A stretch of DNA of 64,000 nt from Candidatus Velthaea sp. (lineage in GTDB: Bacteria; Vulcanimicrobiota; Vulcanimicrobiia; Vulcanimicrobiales; Vulcanimicrobiaceae): positions 160,001 through 224,000 of the forward strand of contig CBDCCS010000010.1 in the NCBI GenBank assembly GCA_965214935.1. The letters are read 5' to 3'. The notes beneath the pieces are model-generated. The model was not told the DNA's origin. It did not search any database and saw only the letters and a list, made by a program, of their open reading frames with translations. Position 1 is the stretch's first letter; every line of letters begins with the position of its first letter. The translations under genes and the position numbers were made by a program. Positions 29,471 to 39,191 of this stretch are shown piece by piece.

Positions 29471-31013
29471 CGCTAGCCACGGGCGCCGGTTTAGCGACCT
29501 TCGCTAGAAAAACGATCGGAATGACGACGAGCAAAATCAGCGCAAAAACCACCATCAAGCTAGCGTAGGCGAGGGTCTGCGCTTGCGCGCTCACGATTGC
29601 GGCAAGCCCCGCCGGCCCATGATGCTGCCGTACGTACTCAAAGACGGCGGTATTGCTTAAGGCCACCGTTCCGGCAAGCTGCGAAGAGAAGCCTGCGATT
29701 CGATGATCGAGCAGCGTCTGCATACCACCGGTCGCAATCATCAGGCCGACCGGTGATGATAATTTATAGATCGATACGCCTGAGGCAAGCAGCGACAACG
29801 GCATGCTGCCGATCACCAGCGCTCCCATCGGTTGATTGAGCATGCCGAAGAATAGACCGAAGAGCAGCGAAACACCGATAAACGTTGCCGCTTCCGCCGT
29901 CGTCGTCATGAGCTGCGAAAAAAGCAGCAGCGCGGACGACGAGCCCAGCACGCCGACGATGATGACCACGCGCAAGTCCAGTAACCGCGACGTGATGAGT
30001 GCAAATGCGGCCGGTACGCCGACGACGTACGTGACGAGCCGCACGAGCACGAGTGCGCCCGCGAGCGTCGCGGTCGGGCCGATCGCCGTTTGCATGTAAC
30101 CGACGAGAATGGTAACCGAGTAGCCTACCGATCCGATCGCGACGTTGATCGTCGCTCCGACCGAAAGATTGCGATGGGCGCCGAACATGCGAAAATCGAC
30201 GTGCGGCTCGGCCGTTCGCAACTCGTAGATGACGAATGCCGGCAGCGCAAGACATAGCACCGCTGCGCCCCAAACGATCGTACCATCGTCAAACCAGTTT
30301 CGGCGCTCGCCTTCGTTTGCGAGAAACTGCATGGCGCCGAAGACGACAGCGGACAAGACGACGCCGGGCAGATCGAAATGTAAATCCGGTTGCGGCTGGT
30401 CTTTCGTTTGCACTGAAAAATAAATGAGGATCGACGTTGCCAGCGTTGAAATGCAGCCCGGCCAGAAAACCGAACTGCCGCCGTAGGCATCGGCGAGGAA
30501 GCCGCCGATGACCGTGCCGAGCGTCGAACCGCTAAGCGCGACGAACACGAATGCGGGCGGCGCGAATTTTAGTTGCGCCGGGCTCAGCGACGTGAAGAGC
30601 AAGATCGCTGCCGGTACAAAGATACAACCCAGCGTCGCACCTTGTACGAAGCGCAAAATGATAAAGGGCGCAAAATCAGTCGTTACCGTCAACACGAGTG
30701 ACGTTAATGAAAAGCCGAGTAAGGCCGATACCATGAGCCGCTTGCGTCCGATCCGGGCCATGCTCCACGGACTGAGCAAAATGAATGCGTAGTATGCGGC
30801 GTTAAACGTCGTTATAATCCAAGATGCCTGATCCGGCGTGGCGTTGACGATCGCTTGCAGATACGGCAATCCGGTGTTGATGATGGTGGTCGAGGTTTGA
30901 TCGACGATTATTGCGGTAACGGCGCATAGAACGATTGCGAACCCGCGCAAGCCCGGCTGAGGCCGCGGCGTTACATCCGGTACCGCCAGTCGTTGTCTGA
31001 TCACCGCTCGCAT
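29463..31013 (-). CDS. MFS multidrug transporter, DHA2/EmrB family
   Basis: Many TM helices; SWIITTF, RIGRKR, LRFVQG, EGERRNWFD. Confidence 0.88.
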   Translation of the reverse strand: MRAVIRQRLAVPDVTPRPQPGLRGFAIVLCAVTAIIVDQTSTTIINTGLPYLQAIVNATPDQASWIITTFNAAYYAFILLSPWSMARIGRKRLMVSALLGFSLTSLVLTVTTDFAPFIILRFVQGATLGCIFVPAAILLFTSLSPAQLKFAPPAFVFVALSGSTLGTVIGGFLADAYGGSSVFWPGCISTLATSILIYFSVQTKDQPQPDLHFDLPGVVLSAVVFGAMQFLANEGERRNWFDDGTIVWGAAVLCLALPAFVIYELRTAEPHVDFRMFGAHRNLSVGATINVAIGSVGYSVTILVGYMQTAIGPTATLAGALVLVRLVTYVVGVPAAFALITSRLLDLRVVIIVGVLGSSSALLLFSQLMTTTAEAATFIGVSLLFGLFFGMLNQPMGALVIGSMPLSLLASGVSIYKLSSPVGLMIATGGMQTLLDHRIAGFSSQLAGTVALSNTAVFEYVRQHHGPAGLAAIVSAQAQTLAYASLMVVFALILLVVIPIVFLAKVAKPAPVASDV

Positions 31014-31223
31014 TTACAACGCGGCGTCTATGCGGCCTGCGCAGCGTAAGCGCGGGCAAGTTCGCCTTTAACCGCTAAGCGAAAATCTTTCTACCTCGTA
31101 CCGGCACGGTCTTTAGCATCGATGCGCGCGACGTTTGGCCCGTGTTTACGTTATACCGGCAAGAGTAAAAGTAAATAACGTGAAGTGCATCGGGCATGTA
31201 ACGGTTCTCGCCGTCTGCTATTT

Positions 31224-32900
31224 ATGAATGAGGCTATGACACCAGTAAGAATCGCGTATTTCTCGATGGAGATCGCACTGAACGAAAGTTTCTCCACTTA
31301 TAGCGGCGGCTTGGGTATTCTTGCCGGAGATACGTTACGTTCGGCGGCCGATCTCGGCGTTCCGATGGTTGCCGTGACCCTTGCTTATCCCAATGGATAC
31401 TTCCGCCAGCGCCTCGCGCCGGACGGCACGCAAGATGAACTGCCCGATACGTGGTCGCCGGCAGCCGAACTTGCTGCAGCGATGGCGCGCGTGAGCGTCA
31501 AAATTGAAGATCGTGACGTCGCAATTGCGGCTTGGCGTTACGACGTCGTCGGCGTGAACGGCGACATCGTGCCGGCGTACTTGCTCGACACCGATCTGCC
31601 CGAGAACACGCCGCAGGATCGCTCGATCACCGCGACCCTGTACGGCGGCGATGCGCGCTACCGCCTCATGCAAGAGATCGTGCTGGGCGTCGGCGGGGGC
31701 CGGATGCTCGATGCGCTCGGTTATCGTTCGCTCGACACGTACCACATGAACGAGGGTCATGCCGCCCTCGTCGCACTCGAACTGCTCGAGCGCCGGCCGG
31801 CGGCCGAACGGGATACATTACACGCCGTGCGGCCGCAGTGCGTTTTTACGACGCATACGCCGATCCCCGCCGGACACGATCGATTCGATGAAGCTTTGCT
31901 CGAGCGAGTCCTCGGCCGGAGCTGGACGGATCGGCTCGAACGTTTGGGTCTTATCGAAGCCGGAATGCTCAACATGACCCACTTGGCCTTGCGCGCGTCG
32001 CGCTTCACGAACGCCGTTGCCATGCGCCACGCGGAAGTTTCGCGCGAGATGTTCCCGGGTTACGCCATTTCGGCGATTACCAACGGCGTGCATGCACCGA
32101 CCTGGGTCGCCCCGGCCTTCGCGCGCTTGTTCGACGCGCAAATGCCCGAGTGGCGGCGCGACGCGTACCAATTACGTCATGCCGCCGGCATCGATCTGGC
32201 CGATCTGCAAGCCGCCCATATCGAAGCCAAAGCGGCGCTGATCGCCGAAATCGCCGCGCGGACCGGGGTGACTTTACGGACCGACGTTTTGACCCTCGGT
32301 TTTGCGCGACGGGCCACTTCGTACAAGCGCGCCGACTGGCTATTTCACAATCCCGAACGCTTACGCGAACTCTGCGGCCGGATCGGACGCATCCAGATCG
32401 TTTACGGCGGCAAAGCACATCCGCACGATGAGCCGGGCAAAGCCGGTATCAAGCGCGTCCACGAAGCGCGCGCGGCGCTCGGCGACGTGCTCGACGTCGT
32501 CTACGTGCCGAACTACGACATGAGCCTGGCCAAATACATCATCTCGGGCGTCGACATCTGGCTCAACAATCCGCAGCCGCCGCTCGAGGCGTCGGGAACG
32601 AGCGGCATGAAGGCGGCGCTCAACGGCATTCCGAGTCTGAGCGTGCTCGACGGCTGGTGGGTCGAAGGCTGCCTCGAAGATCGCACCGGCTGGTCGATCG
32701 ACGACCGGCGCGATGACAGCATCTACGAAGGGATCGAACGCGCCGCACGGCAGATCGCCGGCTCGCCATACGCGTACGCTCAACTCATGCGCGATTCGAT
32801 CGGGACGAACGGTTCGTTCTTCAATACGCAGCGTATGGTGCAGCAATATAGCCGATTGGCTTATGCGCTGACGACCGCCGCGGTTGCGGTGGTGGCCTGA
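31224..32900 (+). CDS. glgP: Alpha-glucan (glycogen/maltodextrin) phosphorylase
   Basis: AYFSME, YSGGLGILAGD, HMNEGH, TTHTP, ITNGVH, GFARR, GKAHP, EASGTSGMKA (PLP Lys). Confidence 0.93.
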   Translation: MNEAMTPVRIAYFSMEIALNESFSTYSGGLGILAGDTLRSAADLGVPMVAVTLAYPNGYFRQRLAPDGTQDELPDTWSPAAELAAAMARVSVKIEDRDVAIAAWRYDVVGVNGDIVPAYLLDTDLPENTPQDRSITATLYGGDARYRLMQEIVLGVGGGRMLDALGYRSLDTYHMNEGHAALVALELLERRPAAERDTLHAVRPQCVFTTHTPIPAGHDRFDEALLERVLGRSWTDRLERLGLIEAGMLNMTHLALRASRFTNAVAMRHAEVSREMFPGYAISAITNGVHAPTWVAPAFARLFDAQMPEWRRDAYQLRHAAGIDLADLQAAHIEAKAALIAEIAARTGVTLRTDVLTLGFARRATSYKRADWLFHNPERLRELCGRIGRIQIVYGGKAHPHDEPGKAGIKRVHEARAALGDVLDVVYVPNYDMSLAKYIISGVDIWLNNPQPPLEASGTSGMKAALNGIPSLSVLDGWWVEGCLEDRTGWSIDDRRDDSIYEGIERAARQIAGSPYAYAQLMRDSIGTNGSFFNTQRMVQQYSRLAYALTTAAVAVVA

Positions 32901-33877
32901 GCTCCTACGAAGGCCTCGCGACGTTCGCCCAACGTCCGTACGTTGCCGATCTCGATGCGCTGGTCGCGGCGCGCCCCGACGTCGCGGTCGTCGGCGCACC
33001 GTTCGACATCTCGACGACCCATCGGCCCGGCGCGCGGTTCGGACCGCGCGCATTGCGCGCTCAAGCGTACAACCCCGGGACGTACCATCTCGACTTAGAA
33101 ATCGAAATCTTCGATTCGCTCAAAGTCGTCGACTTCGGCGACGCGCATTGTCCGCACGGCCTGACCGACGTCAGTCATGCCAACATCCGCGCGCACGTCG
33201 GCGCCGTCGCACGTAACGGCATCATCCCCGTTGTCATCGGCGGCGATCATTCGATTACGGCGCCGTCGGCAACCGCCGTTGCCGACCACTTCGGTTGGGG
33301 CAAGATCGGCATCGTGCACTTCGATGCGCATGCCGATACGGCCGACGAGATCGACGGTAATTTTGCCTCACACGGGACGCCGATGCGCCGGCTCATCGAA
33401 AGCGGCGCGGTGCTTGGGCGCAATTTCGTTCAAGTCGGGTTGCGTGGCTACTGGCCCGGGGCCGACGTGTTCGCCTGGATGAAAGCGCAAGGCATGCGCT
33501 GGCATCTCATGCAGGAGATCTGGGAACGCGGCAGCGCGGCGGTCATGCATACGGCGCTGAGCGAAGCAATGGACGGCTGCGATGCGTTGTACGTCAGCGT
33601 CGACATCGATGTACTCGATCCCGGGTTTGCGCCGGGGACCGGAACGCCCGAGCCGGGCGGAATGACGCCGGCCGACTTACTGCGCGCCGTGCGGCTTTTA
33701 GCGACCACCGCCAACGTCGTTGCGCTCGATGTCGTCGAAGTTTCACCGCCCTACGACCTAACGGAACAAACCATCAACAACGCGCACCGGGTGATCTTCG
33801 AGCTGCTGGCCGGCATTGCTTGGAAGCGCCGGGCCGCTGCGAATGCCGCCCCGTGGACCGACAAAAGCACTTTGTAA
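32897..33877 (+). CDS. speB: Agmatinase / ureohydrolase family protein, probable CTG start
   Basis: GGDHS, HFDAHAD, SHGT, DIDVLDP..APGTG, VEVSP. The conserved ATF...GAPFD...RPGARFGP region lies upstream of the ORF-track start (33053), in frame back to CTG 32897. Confidence 0.85.
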   Translation: MSSYEGLATFAQRPYVADLDALVAARPDVAVVGAPFDISTTHRPGARFGPRALRAQAYNPGTYHLDLEIEIFDSLKVVDFGDAHCPHGLTDVSHANIRAHVGAVARNGIIPVVIGGDHSITAPSATAVADHFGWGKIGIVHFDAHADTADEIDGNFASHGTPMRRLIESGAVLGRNFVQVGLRGYWPGADVFAWMKAQGMRWHLMQEIWERGSAAVMHTALSEAMDGCDALYVSVDIDVLDPGFAPGTGTPEPGGMTPADLLRAVRLLATTANVVALDVVEVSPPYDLTEQTINNAHRVIFELLAGIAWKRRAAANAAPWTDKSTL

Positions 33878-33955
33878 TCTCCTGGTTCGATCCGGTTCGC
33901 GACTCAGCTACTGCCGTCGTGCCGACGATACGGATAGCACAGGAGCATCACGGAC

Positions 33956-34045
33956 ATGGAAATTTCGGCCTTGTTATTCGGCGCGGTTTTACCGGTGATC
34001 TTCTTCGGCATCATTGCCATCTACCGGGGACAAGCGCGAATCTAA
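33956..34045 (+). CDS. Putative 29-aa single-TM small protein MEISALLFGAVLPVIFFGIIAIYRGQARI
   Basis: AGGAG about 10 nt upstream; one hydrophobic helix followed by a basic tail; below the ORF track cutoff. Confidence 0.5.
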   Translation: MEISALLFGAVLPVIFFGIIAIYRGQARI

Positions 34046-34107
34046 GCCCGCCGGCCGCGAAGACGCAGACGGCAGGTTCACACCCGTGCCGTCGTAATTG
34101 ATCGAGC

Positions 34108-35247
34108 GTGCGAGAAAACCGGTCAACGTTGCAGGTGGCCGCCGTTCCGGGTGCTGCAACACCGTTCGCGTTATCGACCGGCGCCGCGGCGGCAACGGCT
34201 CACGCACCCTTTGCCCAGGGAGCATATGCGCCATGGCCGCAGTACGGCGGCGGCGGCGATGCCCAGTCGGCGGCTTTTGCCGAAGCGCGCCGGCTCATGG
34301 AAGAATCGCGCGCCGAAAGTACGCGGCGCCGGTATTGCAAAGACTGGGCGATGTATGTCGGCTGGGTCGCCGGCACGTATCCCGAATATCCGGCGCTGCC
34401 GGCGCATCCCGCACTCATCGGGCTCTATATCGGGACCCTGCGAACGCATGGTTTGGCCAAGCAAACGATACTCGGTCGGCTGGCCGCCATCGCGTACGCG
34501 CACGAGCTCGCCGCCGAACCGTCGCCGCTAAAAACCGGCGATCTGTACCGGCAAATTCGCGGCTTGCGCCGTCAAGTTGAAAAGCCGCGCCAGAAGCGCG
34601 AAGCACTCGTTCGCGAAGAGGCGACGGCGATGCTCGTTCGATGGTCGTCCGCGAGTTCGCTCGGTGAGATCCGCGATCGCGCGATCTTTACGCTGGCCTG
34701 GTGCAGCGCGTTACGCCGCTCGAACATCGCCGCGTTACAGGTCGACGATGTAAGAATTTTAACCGATGCGCTGGACGGACAACGGTATCTTGAAATCTTC
34801 GTGCAAAAAAGTAAAACCGATCAAGAAGGACGCGGACGGCGTGTCATCGTGACCGAATTGCCCGACGCACATCCGTTATGCGCGGTGCGGGCTGTCGAAG
34901 CATGGCTGCTCGCGTCGTTCGCCACGAGCGGTCCGTTATTTCGCACCTTCGCATTGGACCCGAATCCGAAAACCCGGAAGCTGACTGCGAACGGCATCGA
35001 CGGCCGCGATGTCGCGCGCGCCGTCAAGCGTATTGCCGTGAGCGCGGGCGTCGACGAAGCGAAGTTCGCGGCACATTCGCTGCGTCGCGGGTTCGTTACA
35101 TCGGCCGATGCCGCGGGCGTTCGGCGAGCGCTTATTCGCGAACAAGGCGGTTGGAAAGACGACCGGATGATCAGCGTTTACACCAAAGTCGACGGCGTTC
35201 GTGACAACGCCGTGCGTGAGATGTTTCGCCGGCCGGCAAGCGACTGA
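34108..35247 (+). CDS. Tyrosine recombinase, Cre-like site-specific integrase family
   Basis: Catalytic set R (ALRRSN), K (SKTDQ), HSLR, W (QGGW), Y (SVY); N-terminal core-binding domain (TRRRY..DW..Y). Start codon uncertain. Confidence 0.9.
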   Translation: MRENRSTLQVAAVPGAATPFALSTGAAAATAHAPFAQGAYAPWPQYGGGGDAQSAAFAEARRLMEESRAESTRRRYCKDWAMYVGWVAGTYPEYPALPAHPALIGLYIGTLRTHGLAKQTILGRLAAIAYAHELAAEPSPLKTGDLYRQIRGLRRQVEKPRQKREALVREEATAMLVRWSSASSLGEIRDRAIFTLAWCSALRRSNIAALQVDDVRILTDALDGQRYLEIFVQKSKTDQEGRGRRVIVTELPDAHPLCAVRAVEAWLLASFATSGPLFRTFALDPNPKTRKLTANGIDGRDVARAVKRIAVSAGVDEAKFAAHSLRRGFVTSADAAGVRRALIREQGGWKDDRMISVYTKVDGVRDNAVREMFRRPASD

Positions 35248-35293
35248 CGGGCGCCGCGCGCAACGCCGGCCGAACTTCCGTCGTCTACGTCGC

Positions 35294-35764
35294 ATGACGC
35301 CTCAACAGCGCTTCGTTGCAACGGCAATCGTCGGCGGAATTGCCGGTTCACTGGGCATGGATATCGCACAGGCGGCGTGGTCGAAGGTGCTCGAACGCGA
35401 CCGCTCGCCCGACGTTCAAGATGAAGAAACCGAAGCGATCACCTCGGTCGTCGGTTACCTCACGCGCTTTGCACCCGGCGTATTTCCGGCCCGCGGTGCA
35501 AAAACGATCGGCCATGTGATCCACTATTTGTTCGGGATCGGTTTTGCCGCCGCATACGTGTACGTGCTGCCGAATCGCAAGCCGGCGAGCGTGCGTGCCG
35601 CGACGTTCGGAACGCTCCTGTGGTTGCTGAGCGATCGCATCCTCATCCCGGTCTTCCGGCTCGGGCGGCCGTGGGCACGTTACAGTATGAGCGAGCGGTC
35701 GAACGCGCTGGTGTCCCACCTCGTGTATGCGTTCGGCGTCGAATACGCGCGCTCGATCGAATGA
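35294..35764 (+). CDS. DUF1440-like membrane protein
   Basis: GGIAG...MD, HY.FG, P...L, SHLVY pattern. Confidence 0.7.
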   Translation: MTPQQRFVATAIVGGIAGSLGMDIAQAAWSKVLERDRSPDVQDEETEAITSVVGYLTRFAPGVFPARGAKTIGHVIHYLFGIGFAAAYVYVLPNRKPASVRAATFGTLLWLLSDRILIPVFRLGRPWARYSMSERSNALVSHLVYAFGVEYARSIE

Positions 35765-35773
35765 CCGGCCGCG

Positions 35774-36994
35774 TTATTCGGTAACGACGTCCGCATCGAA
35801 GCCTGAGCGCTTGAGCGCCAGCATGATCGCATCGACGTCCTCGGGACGCTCGACTTCGACGGTCAGATCGAGCTCGGCGTGCTTGGCCGAGATACTGCCG
35901 AAGACGCGATGATGCGCAACATCTAAAACGTTTGCGCGTACTTCGCTAATTGCAGTCGCGACGCTGGCGAGTTCGCCGGGTTTGTCGACCATGTGCACCC
36001 GAATGCGGATCACGCGGCCGGAACGCATTCGATGGCGCACGATCACCGATGCAAGCATCCCCGGATCGATGTTTCCGCCGCATAGCAACGTTCCGACCCG
36101 CCGGCCGGCGAACCGCTGCGGTTCGGCGAGCAGTGCGGCCACGCCGGCCGCGCCGGCGCCCTCGCTCACCAGCTTCTCTTCTTCGATCAGCGTGACGATC
36201 GCCGTTTCGATCGCCGCTTCCGAAACGGTGATAACGTCGCGGACGACGCCGGCGATCAATTCAAACGGTAAGACGCCGAGCCGCTTGACGGCAATGCCTT
36301 CGGCGATGGTCGGACCGCCGGCGCCGTCGGCAATGCCGCTGCGCGCGGTCAAGATGCTTGGATAGAAAGCCGACTGGACGCCGATGATTTGGGCGTTCGA
36401 CTCGGCGGCCAGCAACGCAAGCGTCGCGCCCGCGATCAATCCGCCGCCGCCGACCGGTACGAGCAAGACGTCGAGGTCGGTGCCGGCATCTTCAAGCAGC
36501 TCGAGCGTTGCCGTACCCTGCCCGGCAATGACGTTCGGATCGTCATACGGATGAACGATCGTTGCTCCGGTTTCCGCCGCGAGGTCGCGCGCGTATTCCG
36601 CGGCTTCGTCGAAGGTGTCGCCGGTCAGCACGACTGCGGCACCAAAGTCACGCGTTCGACGGATCTTGAGGAACGGCGTCGTCTGCGGCATGACGACCGT
36701 TGTTGCAATACCGAGCCGCGCGCCGTGATAGGCCACGGCTTGCGCGTGATTGCCGGCCGACATTGTCACGACACCGCGCTCGCGTTGCGCGCCGTCGAGC
36801 ATGAGCAGTGCGTTGAGCGCGCCGCGCTCCTTATATGAACCGGTCGTCTGACGTGTTTCGGCTTTGAAATACACGGCGGCGCCGGTCGACGCCGACAGCG
36901 CACGTGAATACGTGGTCGGCGTGCGAATAATTCCGGACGCGATTCGCGCGGCCGCCGAACGGACGGAGTCAGCTCCGACAAGGACCCTTGGCAT
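35774..36994 (-). CDS. ilvA: Threonine ammonia-lyase with C-terminal ACT domain
   Basis: TGSYKERGA (PLP Lys), SAGNHAQ, PVGGGGL, GGNID, DKPGEL. Confidence 0.92.
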   Translation of the reverse strand: MPRVLVGADSVRSAAARIASGIIRTPTTYSRALSASTGAAVYFKAETRQTTGSYKERGALNALLMLDGAQRERGVVTMSAGNHAQAVAYHGARLGIATTVVMPQTTPFLKIRRTRDFGAAVVLTGDTFDEAAEYARDLAAETGATIVHPYDDPNVIAGQGTATLELLEDAGTDLDVLLVPVGGGGLIAGATLALLAAESNAQIIGVQSAFYPSILTARSGIADGAGGPTIAEGIAVKRLGVLPFELIAGVVRDVITVSEAAIETAIVTLIEEEKLVSEGAGAAGVAALLAEPQRFAGRRVGTLLCGGNIDPGMLASVIVRHRMRSGRVIRIRVHMVDKPGELASVATAISEVRANVLDVAHHRVFGSISAKHAELDLTVEVERPEDVDAIMLALKRSGFDADVVTE

Positions 36995-37014
36995 ATCCCT
37001 CAACGAGCGCTATC

Positions 37015-37093
37015 TTGACAAATATTCGCTAGTGCCGCTAACGTCGCAGTAAGCATTTGTGTGCGACGGGTTTGTTGATGAGAAAATGTTCTC
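37015..37093 (+). promoter_or_regulatory. Sigma70-type promoter of the sugar ABC operon with downstream inverted repeats
   Basis: TTGACA (37015-37020)-18 nt-TAACGT (37039-37044); IR CGTCGCA/TGCGACG (37042-37068); GAGAA-aatg-TTCTC (37080-37093). Confidence 0.5.
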
Positions 37094-37124
37094 TCGCCCA
37101 TCGTTCGCCACTTGGAGGACGCGT

Positions 37125-38183
37125 ATGACCGATCGAAATAGCACTCTTAACCGCGGCGGCTTTATCGGCCTCGGTTCGGCGCTGGGCGCGGCTGCGGCCA
37201 CCGGGGCGACGCTTCTCGGTACGACCGGCGCGGCAAGTGCAGCCGGCCGGTCGATGTCGCAACTCAAGTTTCTCTTTATCGTCAAAACCGTTAATTCCGA
37301 TTACTGGCAAACATGTATCGCCGGCGGCAAAGCTGCCGCCGATCAGCTCGGACTTAAAGCGCTGCAGTTTTCGGGTGCGAACTCCGAAGCGAACATTCAA
37401 GGCCAGATCGCACTCGTTGAAGACGCACTTGCAAAGAAGCCCGACTTCCTGGTGCTTGCGCCGACGAGCGCCAACGCGCTCGATGCCACGATCGACAAAG
37501 TCGTGAAGTCCGGCATTAAAACGATTTTGATCGATTCGAGCGCCAACACGCAGAACTTCGATGCGTTTTTAGCAACCGACAATCATGCCGGCGGCATGCT
37601 CGCGGCGAAGACGCTCGCGGAAGCTATCAAGAAAAAGACGGGCCAGGCATCAGGCCAAGTTGCATACGTGACGTTTTTGAGCGGCGTCGGCTCGCTCATG
37701 CAACGCGACCAAGGCTTTCTCGATGGGCTCAAGGCCTATCCGGGTCTGACCGTCGTCGGCCATCAAGACGCCGGCGGCGACCAGTCGCAGAAACCGATCG
37801 GCATCGTATCCGACTTACTCACCCGGTTTCCCAAACTCGTCGGCTTGTTTGCCGATAATTTGCCGACCCTCGAAGGCGCCGCGACGGCATTTCGCGAGAA
37901 CCATGCCGATCCGAAAAAAGTATCGCTGGTCGGTTTCGATCCGTCGACCAAGCTCGTCGCCGATCTCAAAGCCGGGACCGTCGATGGAATCATCTTGCAA
38001 GACCCGTATCAAATGGGCTTCGGCGGCGTGATGTACGGCATCGTCGCAGCGGCCGGAATCAACGTTCCCAAGTTTCTCAACACGGGTGTAACGGCAGCGA
38101 CGCCCGACAATGCGAACTCGAGCTTGACCCAAGCACTGCTCAATCCCATGACGCAGCGCCATTTCGGTTTCGGGACGGCTTAA
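37125..38183 (+). CDS. Sugar ABC substrate-binding protein
   Basis: GGAGG RBS; IVK..NSDYW, LVLAP, ATDN, VGFD, QDPYQMG. Confidence 0.9.
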   Translation: MTDRNSTLNRGGFIGLGSALGAAAATGATLLGTTGAASAAGRSMSQLKFLFIVKTVNSDYWQTCIAGGKAAADQLGLKALQFSGANSEANIQGQIALVEDALAKKPDFLVLAPTSANALDATIDKVVKSGIKTILIDSSANTQNFDAFLATDNHAGGMLAAKTLAEAIKKKTGQASGQVAYVTFLSGVGSLMQRDQGFLDGLKAYPGLTVVGHQDAGGDQSQKPIGIVSDLLTRFPKLVGLFADNLPTLEGAATAFRENHADPKKVSLVGFDPSTKLVADLKAGTVDGIILQDPYQMGFGGVMYGIVAAAGINVPKFLNTGVTAATPDNANSSLTQALLNPMTQRHFGFGTA

Positions 38184-38198
38184 GCGCGCGAACGCATC

Positions 38199-39191
38199 GT
38201 GTCGCAAGCCGTTAGCGTCGCTCCGCCGGCTTCGAGCTCCGCGCGCCCCAAGCTTAGTTGGGACGTTGCGCTGCGGCTTGGTTTGCTCGGCATCGTCATC
38301 GTTCTCGCGATTGTCTTCACAATTACCGCGCCGGGTTTTCTCAGCGCGCAAAATCTTGAGAACAACGAACGTCAAATGGCGGTCATCGGCATTTTGGCGA
38401 TCGGTGAAACGTTCGTCATCATCACTGCGGGAATCGATCTATCGGTCGGATCGATGCTCGGTTTCAGCGGCATTCTCATGGCGCTCGCACTCGGTCACGG
38501 GATCGCCATTCCGCTCGCGCTCGTCACGGTCATCGCCATCGCGACGCTGCTCGGTCTGTTCAACGGCGTGCTCATCGATACCGCAGCGCTGCCGCCGTTC
38601 ATCGTAACGCTCGGCATGCTCGGCATCCTGCGCGGTTTCACGCAGATTTTTGGCAACGGTCAGCAAGTCGGTTTTCCGCCGTCGGCGTATACGGATTTCG
38701 CCGCCGACAACTTTCTGGGCGTACCGAAACTCTTCTGGGTACTCGTCGTGTTGGCGCTCGTTGCAGCATACGTACTGCATCTGACCGGGCGTGGCCGGCA
38801 TGTCTACGCCATCGGCAGCAACGTCGAGGGCGCGCGGCGCTCCGGCATCAACGTTCGGGGCATGACGTTTCTGGTCTATGCCGTGAGCGGATTGCTGGCC
38901 GGTATCGCCGGACTGCTGCTCACGGCACGCCAAGCACAAGGCGATCCCAATGCCGGTACGGGTTACGAACTCGATGCGATCGCCGCTGCGGTCCTCGGCG
39001 GTGCGAGTTTGCTTGGCGCGCGCGGCTCGATCCTCGGCACATTTTTAGGCGTACTGCTCGTGCAAATTCTCACCAATGGGCTTAACTTACTCAACTTCGA
39101 TCCGCAAGTCGCCCGTATCGTTGAAGGTGCGCTGCTTATTTTATTCGTGTACATCGATCACTGGCGTAAGCGCCGTTTAGCAACGGCATGA
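38199..39191 (+). CDS. Sugar ABC transporter permease
   Basis: GIDLSVG, PPFIVTLG, YAIGSN.E.ARRSGI, YELDAIAAAVLGG. Confidence 0.93.
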   Translation: MSQAVSVAPPASSSARPKLSWDVALRLGLLGIVIVLAIVFTITAPGFLSAQNLENNERQMAVIGILAIGETFVIITAGIDLSVGSMLGFSGILMALALGHGIAIPLALVTVIAIATLLGLFNGVLIDTAALPPFIVTLGMLGILRGFTQIFGNGQQVGFPPSAYTDFAADNFLGVPKLFWVLVVLALVAAYVLHLTGRGRHVYAIGSNVEGARRSGINVRGMTFLVYAVSGLLAGIAGLLLTARQAQGDPNAGTGYELDAIAAAVLGGASLLGARGSILGTFLGVLLVQILTNGLNLLNFDPQVARIVEGALLILFVYIDHWRKRRLATA

